This document shows positions 19,365 through 27,908 of a stretch of DNA of 64,000 nt, piece after piece. This DNA comes from a virus. Taxonomy: Duplodnaviria; Caudoviricetes. Under the pieces are notes generated by a model that did not search any database, was not told the DNA's origin, and was given only the letters and a program-made list of their open reading frames with translations. The stretch spans positions 26,017 to 90,016 of the IMG/VR virus record IMGVR_UViG_3300031519_004880. One strand, written 5' to 3'. The translations under genes were made by a program, and so were the position numbers. Position 1 is the first letter of the stretch, and each line of letters opens with the position of its first letter.

Positions 19365-19377
19365 GTATAAAATACAC

Positions 19378-19575
19378 TTAAAAATACTTTTTGAGCATTT
19401 CAAGTCTATCGTCAGCACCAGCTAACAAATCCAATTCTTTTTGAATTGTTTCAACGATGTCACTATGTTCACCGATACCTGCAGGATTACTCAAATACAC
19501 TTCAATGTTTGTTTTGTGTACTGCAATTTGTCCTTCTGCATGTTTCTTTGCCGCTTCTAATAGGTTTACTCTCAT
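19378..19575 (-). CDS. Hypothetical protein
   Basis: ATGA overlap and RBS AAGGA. Confidence 0.6.
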   Translation of the reverse strand: MRVNLLEAAKKHAEGQIAVHKTNIEVYLSNPAGIGEHSDIVETIQKELDLLAGADDRLEMLKKYF

Positions 19576-20438
19576 TTATCTTCCTTTCTAAATTGGGATG
19601 GTATATACTCTAGTGCAATCATCTTGTGTATTTCCTTATCAAAATGTTCACCGTCGAGTGTATGCGTACCCACGTTGATGTCTTTTTTCTGTAGAAACCA
19701 ATCTTCTACAGTATCTTCTGCAACTTGAATATAGTTAAAATCAAAGTACTTGTTCATTTCTTTTAACTTAGGTATCCAAGTCCAACTGTTCAGACCAAAC
19801 AGTTTTAGACTTGCGCCTTTCTGACGACACATCTCTTGTAAAATATATATCTCCTTAAACCATTCACGTTGTGCTTTCAGGCTCATAATTTCCATATGTG
19901 TCTTTACAGTCATGTAAGGTATTGATCTAAGGTCAGGTTCGTCTATTTTAAATTCAGGATCGTATCTAACTACAAACGGTAACTCTGTTTGAAAGTCTTC
20001 TTTAAAAGCCTGCATTGGAATATCCCATACACTATTATCTTCAGTTCCATTCTTTGGAAACCAACAATCAATTTTTCCTTTAGTAGTGTCTTTGGTATAT
20101 AATATATCAAGAGGAATAAGATTTTCGTAGTGCATTGGATATTGTACTGCTAGTCTAAAACGATTCCAATATGTCATTTGTACAACAACTTCACTAATGT
20201 CATCATATGTTTGAAACAAATGGCTTAACCATTCTGAGTATGACCACCACCCGTGTTGAGGATTAGCAAAGATAACTCCGTCATTGCCTTTGTCGTTAAT
20301 GTAGTATTCTGCCCAGTTGTTATCATGCCACTTGCCACTAAATGGCCAGTTCTCCATTGTTGGATGTTTTGGTATATCAGCAACGTGATATCCTGATGTA
20401 TGACTACAACCTATTGCGGCAGTTCTCATTACACGCAA
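19572..20438 (-). CDS. SGNH-like hypothetical protein
   Basis: AIGCSHTSG N-terminal block and DGEH near the C-terminus. Confidence 0.45.
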   Translation of the reverse strand: MRVMRTAAIGCSHTSGYHVADIPKHPTMENWPFSGKWHDNNWAEYYINDKGNDGVIFANPQHGWWSYSEWLSHLFQTYDDISEVVVQMTYWNRFRLAVQYPMHYENLIPLDILYTKDTTKGKIDCWFPKNGTEDNSVWDIPMQAFKEDFQTELPFVVRYDPEFKIDEPDLRSIPYMTVKTHMEIMSLKAQREWFKEIYILQEMCRQKGASLKLFGLNSWTWIPKLKEMNKYFDFNYIQVAEDTVEDWFLQKKDINVGTHTLDGEHFDKEIHKMIALEYIPSQFRKEDK

Positions 20439-20845
20439 TCTCCTTCTAGGTAAGCCATTGGACGAGTTGTATTATACTTTTGTTTATTTGGAATAACGCC
20501 ACGTACTCCGCCTTTGGGATCTTCTGTGTCGCCATCACGTCTAAAAATAAGATGTACATGCGGATACATGCAAGTTTGTCCTGCACTCTCTCCCATATTA
20601 ATTCCCATGTTATAACCTGTAATATTTGTTTTATCACTTGCTACGTTATCGTAACCCATAGTAATACCAAAGTTAAAACATTTCATAATACTTTCGCCAT
20701 CAGCTATGCGAGGTACAATAAGAATATGTCCTTCAGTTACAGGGTAAGCATCTTTGTACACAATAAATTCACGAGTGCTAATTTCAACATTATCCCACGG
20801 TGCTCTGCCTTCTGACTGTGCTACTTCAAGTGTATCTGCTCTCAT
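20429..20845 (-). CDS. HIT-family nucleotide hydrolase
   Basis: DAYPVTEGHILIVP and GQTCMYPHVHL, where the first His of the triad is replaced by Tyr. Confidence 0.8.
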   Translation of the reverse strand: MRADTLEVAQSEGRAPWDNVEISTREFIVYKDAYPVTEGHILIVPRIADGESIMKCFNFGITMGYDNVASDKTNITGYNMGINMGESAGQTCMYPHVHLIFRRDGDTEDPKGGVRGVIPNKQKYNTTRPMAYLEGDCV

Positions 20846-21546
20846 ATCCTTGGTTCCTTTTTAATTAATTTTTTTGGACGCAACTTTAATGCTCTACTCA
20901 TTAAGTTAATTATACCACCTTTTTTAAAGTTTGTCAAGAATCTTTTACGATCAAGTTCTCTTTTTAACTCATCAGTAAGTATACACTCGTCTAAACTGAC
21001 CTTATTTGTCAAGTTAGGCGTAGTGAACTTAATGTAGCACAACGGGTCGCCACGCTTAATGCTTAGTTTAGTACGTGTACTGTTGAATACAAAGCCCCAA
21101 CTAATAGTTCTTATCCAACTATGAATGTTAAAACTTCCACCAACAACTTCACCTGGAAACTTATCGTCATGCATAAATGGCGGAAGTATTTCCATTAAAC
21201 ACGGCTCGTCTGCAACAAACAAATAGTTTAAGTTAAGTTGAAACATTGGCTTTTTAGTGTCGTACATTTCTTCCGGACGGTGTACAACAAACAAACTATG
21301 TAGTTCTTGCTCATCAACTTCTTTAGAAGTAATGCGAACAGTTCCGTCTTGAGGTTCAACGTCAAATGCAATAGGCGACTTTAGTACAAACATGTTACTA
21401 TAAAATCCTTGGTAAGAAGGACAATCAATAATTCCACGTTTGTTATATTCTTTATTAACTATTTTTGGTGTCTTAATGCGTTCAGGTTCTAATACCAATA
21501 GCTCAGGTAAACCACCTGCCCAACACCAACCTATATTAGTTGCCAT
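20842..21546 (-). CDS. Hypothetical protein (CP-motif family, resembles 51769..52524)
   Basis: CPSYQGF...FVLKSP and RGDPLCYI. Confidence 0.5.
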   Translation of the reverse strand: MATNIGWCWAGGLPELLVLEPERIKTPKIVNKEYNKRGIIDCPSYQGFYSNMFVLKSPIAFDVEPQDGTVRITSKEVDEQELHSLFVVHRPEEMYDTKKPMFQLNLNYLFVADEPCLMEILPPFMHDDKFPGEVVGGSFNIHSWIRTISWGFVFNSTRTKLSIKRGDPLCYIKFTTPNLTNKVSLDECILTDELKRELDRKRFLTNFKKGGIINLMSRALKLRPKKLIKKEPRI

Positions 21547-22078
21547 ACTCGCCTACATTTTCCCAAGGATAAACTAACCACACATCTTCTTCTGCTTTGT
21601 TAAGTTCGTGACATGTATAACTTACATCACTACAATCACTTGCTAAATTTTCAGTTAGTGTAGCAAAGCGAACGTTGTTACCAAATATATTATTCCACTT
21701 AGGATCCATTGGCATACAACCTGAAGCCCAGTCTTCTTTAATCCAATTAAATGTAGCACCAGTATCGTTGATATCATCTACAATAAGTATGTTCTTATGT
21801 AACGGACCACCGGTAATTACTGTACCGTCATTATGTCCAAATGCATCTTCTGCCATCCAACAGTTACTTTCACTGTCGCGGTTGTCGTCACGTAGACTAA
21901 CTTTAAGTGCTTCGCAAGGTATACCAGTCATGTTACTAATAATAGTAGCAGGTACATTGCCACCTCTAGTAATACCTACAATGTAATCAGGTCGCCAGTT
22001 ATCTTTGTACATTTGATTAACAATGCTTACACACATTTTTTCAACGTCTTGCCAACTATAATAATGTTTCTTAATCAT
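21536..22078 (-). CDS. Type I phosphoribosyltransferase (Gpt/purine PRTase-like)
   Basis: IVGITRGG, PRPP loop ILIVDDINDTGAT and WLVYPWE. Confidence 0.85.
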   Translation of the reverse strand: MIKKHYYSWQDVEKMCVSIVNQMYKDNWRPDYIVGITRGGNVPATIISNMTGIPCEALKVSLRDDNRDSESNCWMAEDAFGHNDGTVITGGPLHKNILIVDDINDTGATFNWIKEDWASGCMPMDPKWNNIFGNNVRFATLTENLASDCSDVSYTCHELNKAEEDVWLVYPWENVGEYGN

Positions 22079-22710
22079 AAGTTTCTCCAGGGATAGGTTT
22101 CTTTCATATTCAGTCTTATAGGACCTTCTTTATGTATTTCAGGATCATAAGGTACAAATTTAATTGTAGGTGTAAATCTAGGTAAATCTTTAAAAGGTGT
22201 AGCTGTATGTAGTATGTTACTTTTAAAGATAATCATACGTCCTGGAATTGGGGGTATGGCAATAATATGCGGAAACACTTCCTTGCCTTGTTTATTAAAT
22301 TCTTCTTTAAGATTAGTAATAAACTTAGTTTCGCCACCTTGGTTGATCTCCCAATTATTGTTTGCATAAAACATAAATGTCCAAGCATTATCACCTTCAT
22401 CATCAACATGATAGTTTGCTAGTTCACGGGGTGCAAAAAAGTTTGCATGTGTTCTTTTTACTACTGATCCACTTACGCATGGAACATGTTCTTCTAAGAA
22501 CGCCCACAACGTATGAAATGTTTTTGTATTATCATATTCGCCAGTACTTAATCCTGTAGGCGGATGATCAATGTCGTCTACTTCACCATACAAGTACGAC
22601 CACGATTGAACGTCACGTACAAGTTCATCTAGCATAGGTGGTGAAAAAACATTGTCGTAAACTTTAATGTCACCATTTAGATATTCTGAAATGTGAGGTT
22701 CATTAAGCAT
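22075..22710 (-). CDS. 2OG-Fe(II) oxygenase (P4H-like)
   Basis: YHVD, GGET, PGRMIIF, LHTA and RFT. Confidence 0.75.
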   Translation of the reverse strand: MLNEPHISEYLNGDIKVYDNVFSPPMLDELVRDVQSWSYLYGEVDDIDHPPTGLSTGEYDNTKTFHTLWAFLEEHVPCVSGSVVKRTHANFFAPRELANYHVDDEGDNAWTFMFYANNNWEINQGGETKFITNLKEEFNKQGKEVFPHIIAIPPIPGRMIIFKSNILHTATPFKDLPRFTPTIKFVPYDPEIHKEGPIRLNMKETYPWRNL

Positions 22711-23131
22711 CTTTTAAATAATCCTTATTATCAATCCACTTGCCGTTTTTTAAAAAGCCCCAGCTTTGTGCTTTCTTGCCCATGTAAAAAAGACTCCAAC
22801 ATGCAATCTCATTGCCATCTTTATCTTTAGCAAGTTCTAACCAATGTAAATTTTTAGCAGTACGAAAACGAATACTTCCTGGACCACGCCAAAACTTACC
22901 TTCTGGTGTATGTTCGTAGTATCCACCTTTAACAATTAATGCACCCCAACTCCATGGATGGTCGTGTAGTACAGGATTGTCACTAACAAGTACTTTGTGT
23001 AGTGTAATATTAAAAGGAAAGTTTTTACGGTCTTTTAAGAAAAGGTAGTAACGAATAAGGTAAGGAACTTTTCCTGCCCTATCTGTAATTACACGTCTAC
23101 GTCCTAATAGATCCATTAACTTACTAATCAT
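22703..23131 (-). CDS. Cupin-fold protein
   Basis: LHDHPW, GGYYEH and LHWLEL. Confidence 0.65.
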   Translation of the reverse strand: MISKLMDLLGRRRVITDRAGKVPYLIRYYLFLKDRKNFPFNITLHKVLVSDNPVLHDHPWSWGALIVKGGYYEHTPEGKFWRGPGSIRFRTAKNLHWLELAKDKDGNEIACWSLFYMGKKAQSWGFLKNGKWIDNKDYLKDA

Positions 23132-23465
23132 TGTGGTTCGCTTTCCAATCGTCCTTAACTAAATCGAACAATTCTTTAAATCTTTCATACTGCAATTTAA
23201 GAGCCGGGTAGTGTTCAATCATACTTTTAATTTGATATTCACTAGGCCAGTTATTTTTATTATCGTAGATGTTATCGTATTCTATACCATTTATTGTATG
23301 AGTACTTGTAATAGTTCCTGTGTCTATTGTCTGCGATGTGTCATACGTAAAAGTTGGAGAAAGATGACTACTTGCAATAGTTCCTGTACTTCCACCTATA
23401 GTTACTGTCATAGGTCCAAGCTCTGTGTTCTCTCCACTATTAAGTGTAATTGTATCACTACTCAC
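23124..23465 (-). CDS. Hypothetical protein
   Basis: Overlaps both neighbours, T-rich N-terminus. Confidence 0.55.
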   Translation of the reverse strand: MSSDTITLNSGENTELGPMTVTIGGSTGTIASSHLSPTFTYDTSQTIDTGTITSTHTINGIEYDNIYDNKNNWPSEYQIKSMIEHYPALKLQYERFKELFDLVKDDWKANHND

Positions 23466-24519
23466 CTTTTACTCCTTTGTATAAAGCTGAACCATCAAAA
23501 AACTCTGTTTTTAATTTTTGTGTTTGCTTCATTAATGCCGGTAAGTATGTAGTATAGTTTTCCATGTAGTCAATTACTTTTGCAACAACCATGTCTTTAT
23601 GAGCATTGTAAGATTCCATTGACTCAGTCCACACACCCGGATATTTAAATTCTGGTGTTGACATTTCACTGTAGCTTAGTCTATCTGGCACCATAGGCAA
23701 TGCTCCTACAAGAGCACCTTCATACCAACTAATGCCAAGTGTTTCTTGCAGGTTAGCACTAAACACCATTTTAGCACGACCTAGTAAATTATGATATTCA
23801 TTCTTTGTAAGTTCTTGTTCTTGACAAACAATAAACTCGTATTGCGGAAGTGCTTCTTTAAGATCTCTAAAAATCTCAACTTGCTTTTCAGGTGCAACAC
23901 GATGCGGAAAGAGTATAATATCTTCCTTCGGCATACCTTTGTAACTGTCTAAACTGTTAGCAAGATACTCCATAGGCCAACCAACTCGTTTCATTGATCT
24001 ACGATCAAGTACTCCGACATCTTTAGCAAACGCATCTGCAAACATATCTATATGAAACTTTGTTGCAAAGTAATTATCATTGTAACAGTTGTACATTGAT
24101 AACTCTGCATGTCTTACCCACGGCTTATCGCCAATTAGCCTACCAAGGAAGTCATGAGGATCATAACTACCAGCATGCCAAAGACCACCGACTCGGATGT
24201 CAATCCCAAGTAACTCAGCCATGTAACGAAGCTGGATAACAGTTGGGTTCCACGCATCCGTATATAGGAAATAATCTCCATCTTTAATTTCTCCATTAGC
24301 AAACAGTCTACTAATCTCCAACATTTGTTGCGACTTGTAGTTGTTAGTGCCTGCAAAGTTTAAAAATGCCCCAGGCGTTGTAGCCTGAGGCACCTCTCCT
24401 CCACTAATGACAGTAACATTGGCACCAGTTGCACGTTGCATTTGCTTTGGAAGATACTCTTTCCACTGCTTTGTATAACGTGTATCTACTGCTTCAATGT
24501 CTACTATATATGCTGTCAT
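23458..24519 (-). CDS. GT-B fold glycosyltransferase (GT4-like)
   Basis: FPHRVAPEKQ and the EX7E-like segment QETLGISWYE followed by PMVPDRLSY. Confidence 0.75.
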   Translation of the reverse strand: MTAYIVDIEAVDTRYTKQWKEYLPKQMQRATGANVTVISGGEVPQATTPGAFLNFAGTNNYKSQQMLEISRLFANGEIKDGDYFLYTDAWNPTVIQLRYMAELLGIDIRVGGLWHAGSYDPHDFLGRLIGDKPWVRHAELSMYNCYNDNYFATKFHIDMFADAFAKDVGVLDRRSMKRVGWPMEYLANSLDSYKGMPKEDIILFPHRVAPEKQVEIFRDLKEALPQYEFIVCQEQELTKNEYHNLLGRAKMVFSANLQETLGISWYEGALVGALPMVPDRLSYSEMSTPEFKYPGVWTESMESYNAHKDMVVAKVIDYMENYTTYLPALMKQTQKLKTEFFDGSALYKGVKGE

Positions 24520-24737
24520 TAGTTACTCTTCCGTCCTCGGGTAAACGTCTTACCCTTTTTATTATTTTTACGATCCTTCAACTTGGAAGGGTCTTGAAAG
24601 AACTGCCACGTACGACTGTTCTTGTTATATAAATCTTTTTCATCAAACTTAAAACCGTAGTTACGACAAAAAACACGATACTTGTCCAGATCCTCAAAAA
24701 TATTAACGATCTCGGGTTTTGACTCCCAGTACGACAT
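24519..24737 (-). CDS. Hypothetical protein
   Basis: Sits between the T-fold gene and the GT, RBS AGGAG. Confidence 0.55.
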   Translation of the reverse strand: MSYWESKPEIVNIFEDLDKYRVFCRNYGFKFDEKDLYNKNSRTWQFFQDPSKLKDRKNNKKGKTFTRGRKSN

Positions 24738-24748
24738 TGCTTACTCCT

Positions 24749-25168
24749 CTAGCTTTTCGCATACTCAATGTGGGCACCGTTCTCTCCATCTTCGGAGACA
24801 TCGATGTGGACTTCACGTCCAGGGTATTTGGCATTAATTTGTGTGTACAAATCATCAGCCATCATTTCACAACTTTTGTAATCTACATTTAATTCGCCTT
24901 CATAAAGTTTTACAAGCCATCGTTTAAACTGAATAAATTCGATATCTCTGTCGTTGTGTGTTACAGTGATAGCGACCTTAAAATGAAATATGTGTCTATG
25001 GGGATATCCCAAAAAACTAACATCATATTCATCACCTGTTGCAAGACTAGGATCCTCTAGTGCCGCAGGATATTTATGGATACCTTCTTTTGTAAAGTTT
25101 ACCCAAATCATTCTCTTTGCATTGTTCATAAGCGTTACCTTGCTTTCTTCTTTTAATCGTCGAGCCAT
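24749..25168 (-). CDS. QueD/PTPS-like T-fold protein with LxxxHRHxF motif (QueD or DpdL-like)
   Basis: FLGYPHRHIF, DIEF, SCEMMA and VSEDGENG. The track start 25213 abuts the -10 box, so 25168 or 25129 is more likely. Confidence 0.75.
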   Translation of the reverse strand: MARRLKEESKVTLMNNAKRMIWVNFTKEGIHKYPAALEDPSLATGDEYDVSFLGYPHRHIFHFKVAITVTHNDRDIEFIQFKRWLVKLYEGELNVDYKSCEMMADDLYTQINAKYPGREVHIDVSEDGENGAHIEYAKS

Positions 25169-25213
25169 ATAATTATGATGTGACTCTCTTTGGTTAGTTG
25201 TACTTGTACTCAT

Positions 25214-25242
25214 ATTATAACATCTTTCTTACTCACTGTCAA
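25214..25242 (-). promoter_or_regulatory. Perfect sigma70 consensus TTGACA-17-TATAAT
   Basis: Positioned to drive the T-fold gene and the GT. Confidence 0.85.
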
Positions 25243-25738
25243 CCGGATTATCGTTACCGTAAGCTCTCCAATCCGTAAACTTATCTCTTTGTAGCAGTGG
25301 ATGTATATTGTGTACCCACACACCCGGATTAGAATGATCAAAGTCTGCATCATCAATCTTAATACAAGCATTGTAGTTAAGTTGATTTACGTATGGCAGT
25401 TTAACACTAATCATACTAATAAAGTTATGATCCTCATTATACCCACTTTCAAGTATCCATTCATGATACTTTGCATCATAGTCTAATGTAACCAAAAATT
25501 TCTTATTAAGTAGTCCTTGTACAAGATCGTCCCAACTTTCTTTAGGAACAAAACTGTGGTTAGCACCTAAGTAAATGTGTTCAACTGAGTGTTCTTTTGC
25601 TTTTGCAAGAACATCTTCTAATGGCTGACATCCTGTTACGAATAATGTATGCTCGCCTTCAGCAGGTGTTTTTTCTACTTCATAACCTGTAAAGTATATA
25701 ACATCATCTTTTACGCCGTCTGTATAATCTCTTTTCAT
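25229..25738 (-). CDS. Hypothetical protein in the deazaguanine region
   Basis: 169-aa ORF with its own promoter. Confidence 0.6.
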   Translation of the reverse strand: MKRDYTDGVKDDVIYFTGYEVEKTPAEGEHTLFVTGCQPLEDVLAKAKEHSVEHIYLGANHSFVPKESWDDLVQGLLNKKFLVTLDYDAKYHEWILESGYNEDHNFISMISVKLPYVNQLNYNACIKIDDADFDHSNPGVWVHNIHPLLQRDKFTDWRAYGNDNPVDSE

Positions 25739-25744
25739 ATTACT

Positions 25745-25773
25745 ATAATAGCACTAAAGTGACTTGTCGTCAA
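25745..25773 (-). promoter_or_regulatory. Sigma70-type promoter TTGACG-17-TATTAT, leaderless geometry
   Basis: The -10 box is followed by 6 nt and then ATG. Confidence 0.65.
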
Positions 25774-26359
25774 GTGCTTTTCCTCCTAAATTGCCATTAA
25801 ATGCGATTGATATACGTGTTTGGTTGCTCAAATTCTCTGTAACACAATGATTGATCCAACCCGGAAACGATACTAAGTCTCCAGCACTTGGCATTACTGT
25901 ATATCGTGTTCCATTAAACGGTGTAGGGTTTGTAACTAATTTATAAGGTAATGCATAGTCCATTAATCCGTGTGGACTAATTAGAACAAGGTTTCCTGAA
26001 TCTTTTGGTGCTTGAACATAATATACTGCTGACATAATATGTCCGGGGTGCATATGTACTTCGTGTGTATTAGATCTATTACTAGATGTATTATTAACGT
26101 TAATCCAGGCTTGTGTTACGTCAATAGTACAGTTGTCAGCAATACCTAATAGGTTAGCTTGTTTGTTAAACATGTTCTGTACTTGTAACAAAAGGGGTTG
26201 TAGTATAACGTTGTTAAGATCAAGATGATCACTTTGCCAGTTCTTTTTATCAGAATCTGGCATATAGAGGCCATTGCAGAAAGCAGTTAACGTGACATTG
26301 TCAACTTTGTCCGCATGTTCATACAAGAATGGCGTTGCAAAAAGCGACTCTGTATGCAT
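25754..26359 (-). CDS. 2OG-Fe(II) oxygenase (TIGR02466-like)
   Basis: HMHPG..MSAVYYV, FPGWINHCV and RISIAFN. Confidence 0.8.
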   Translation of the reverse strand: MHTESLFATPFLYEHADKVDNVTLTAFCNGLYMPDSDKKNWQSDHLDLNNVILQPLLLQVQNMFNKQANLLGIADNCTIDVTQAWINVNNTSSNRSNTHEVHMHPGHIMSAVYYVQAPKDSGNLVLISPHGLMDYALPYKLVTNPTPFNGTRYTVMPSAGDLVSFPGWINHCVTENLSNQTRISIAFNGNLGGKALDDKSL

Positions 26360-26369
26360 AGCTGTCTCC

Positions 26370-27899
26370 TTATAAAGTTTCTTCTAAAGCGTCTAGTTTA
26401 TCTTCAGACATCTCTGGCTCTTCGTCAATTACATCAGAGTCACCAATGTCAAATAAGTTACCAAAGTGTGTACTTGCATTTACAGTTTTCTTACCTGTTG
26501 CACCACGTGTACCGATAATGGTCATAAACATCTTTGAATGATCTTCTATGATTTGTTCGGCTTTTTCTCTACTGTCAGTTGCGAATATTGCGTCCACAAC
26601 ATCTTTAAAAAATACCCTGTCAAAACGCTCTTCGACAAGCATCTTTGGTACAACTCCATTGTCGTATTGTCTATTTGCTTCTTGTACTGCATTAATGTGA
26701 CTCCATACATTATGACCCATTTGGATCGCATAGGAAAAACTATCCCAACTAGTCTTGCCTTCTTTACCTATCTTATTTAAGTCACCTGGACCGTATATAC
26801 AAACATCTTTGGTTTGCAGTTCAGTAGTAAGAGGACTGTCTTTAAAGCTCTTATGCTTGCCAGCACTAACAAAAGAAGTACTCCACGGTGTTGTATCTTG
26901 TGAAAGTCCTTTGTCATCTAAACTAGGAACCATTCGATACACCCACTTTGATCTATCACCTGTTTCTAATTCACAATACACTTGTCCGTTTGCTGTTGCT
27001 AAAAATGGAGAAGCACAGTCAAATGTAATCATAAAGTTTTTGTTGTGATACTTACGAACTGCTCTTTGTACATCAGTTAGTAGTGTAGCCCATTCTAGTT
27101 TACTTGTACCTAAGAAGTGCATTACATCATGTAATCCTTCTTCAAGTAATCCGTCAAACCTTAATGCAATAAGTCTTTTCAATACTAGATGAATATCACA
27201 CATGTTCTGTCCACCCATTGACCACCCATTAAAATGATTGTCTGGATATACAGTTGGATCACAGTAATCTTTCATCTGTTGATACCAATCTTCTGCATCA
27301 GCATGATTCTCTCCTTGTAACACATTAAGGAACTTACATGCTCCTGAACGATGTTTCATAAAGTAATCATTATTAATACGTGTAGCATCAACTGCTTCTT
27401 GATATGAACTAACACCTGTAGCTTTAACTCCTGCTGGGCTACGTGCTACCCAAGCTGGAATATCAAGTATCATACCATAGTCCATGTATGCGTCCATCCA
27501 TGCAAGAACTTGTGTACGTTTCTTCATTGCCTTAGGACAGTTAGGATCTTTCCAGTCACCTTCCCACACACCCTTACCAATTTGGAAACCACCTGAGTCA
27601 CCAAGCATCCAACTTGTAGTACGATCTCTTTTTCGTACCATATCTTCTTTAGGTGCGTCTTTATTAATATCAAGTTCAGCATGACCTGCGGAGTATAAAC
27701 TCCAATGATATTGAAACTGACCATCTTTACGATTTAACCAGTTAAGACTTTCTACACCGTTTTTAAAGTTTGACGGAACACGCTTGTAGTCTACGTATTC
27801 GCCTCGTTGTTGTTTACCTACAAATGTAGCATAGAAGCCACTAAGTGCTGGTAAAAACGTTGCAAAGTCTTTCTGTTCTGCGGTTAAATCGATGTTCAT
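26370..27899 (-). CDS. dpdA: tRNA-guanine-transglycosylase-like protein, probable DNA transglycosylase (DpdA family)
   Basis: GDSGGFQ, ILDIP, VLQG, MGGQ, HFLGT, FDCASP and GHN follow the TGT motif order. Phage que-gene context. Confidence 0.7.
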   Translation of the reverse strand: MNIDLTAEQKDFATFLPALSGFYATFVGKQQRGEYVDYKRVPSNFKNGVESLNWLNRKDGQFQYHWSLYSAGHAELDINKDAPKEDMVRKRDRTTSWMLGDSGGFQIGKGVWEGDWKDPNCPKAMKKRTQVLAWMDAYMDYGMILDIPAWVARSPAGVKATGVSSYQEAVDATRINNDYFMKHRSGACKFLNVLQGENHADAEDWYQQMKDYCDPTVYPDNHFNGWSMGGQNMCDIHLVLKRLIALRFDGLLEEGLHDVMHFLGTSKLEWATLLTDVQRAVRKYHNKNFMITFDCASPFLATANGQVYCELETGDRSKWVYRMVPSLDDKGLSQDTTPWSTSFVSAGKHKSFKDSPLTTELQTKDVCIYGPGDLNKIGKEGKTSWDSFSYAIQMGHNVWSHINAVQEANRQYDNGVVPKMLVEERFDRVFFKDVVDAIFATDSREKAEQIIEDHSKMFMTIIGTRGATGKKTVNASTHFGNLFDIGDSDVIDEEPEMSEDKLDALEETL

Positions 27900-27908
27900 G
27901 TATATGTC

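Noticed and set aside
26370-27899. Canonical bacterial tRNA TGT for queuosine
   Set aside because: It lacks the C-terminal CxCxxC zinc site, is longer and divergent, and sits beside the sliding clamp. tRNA activity is not formally excluded.
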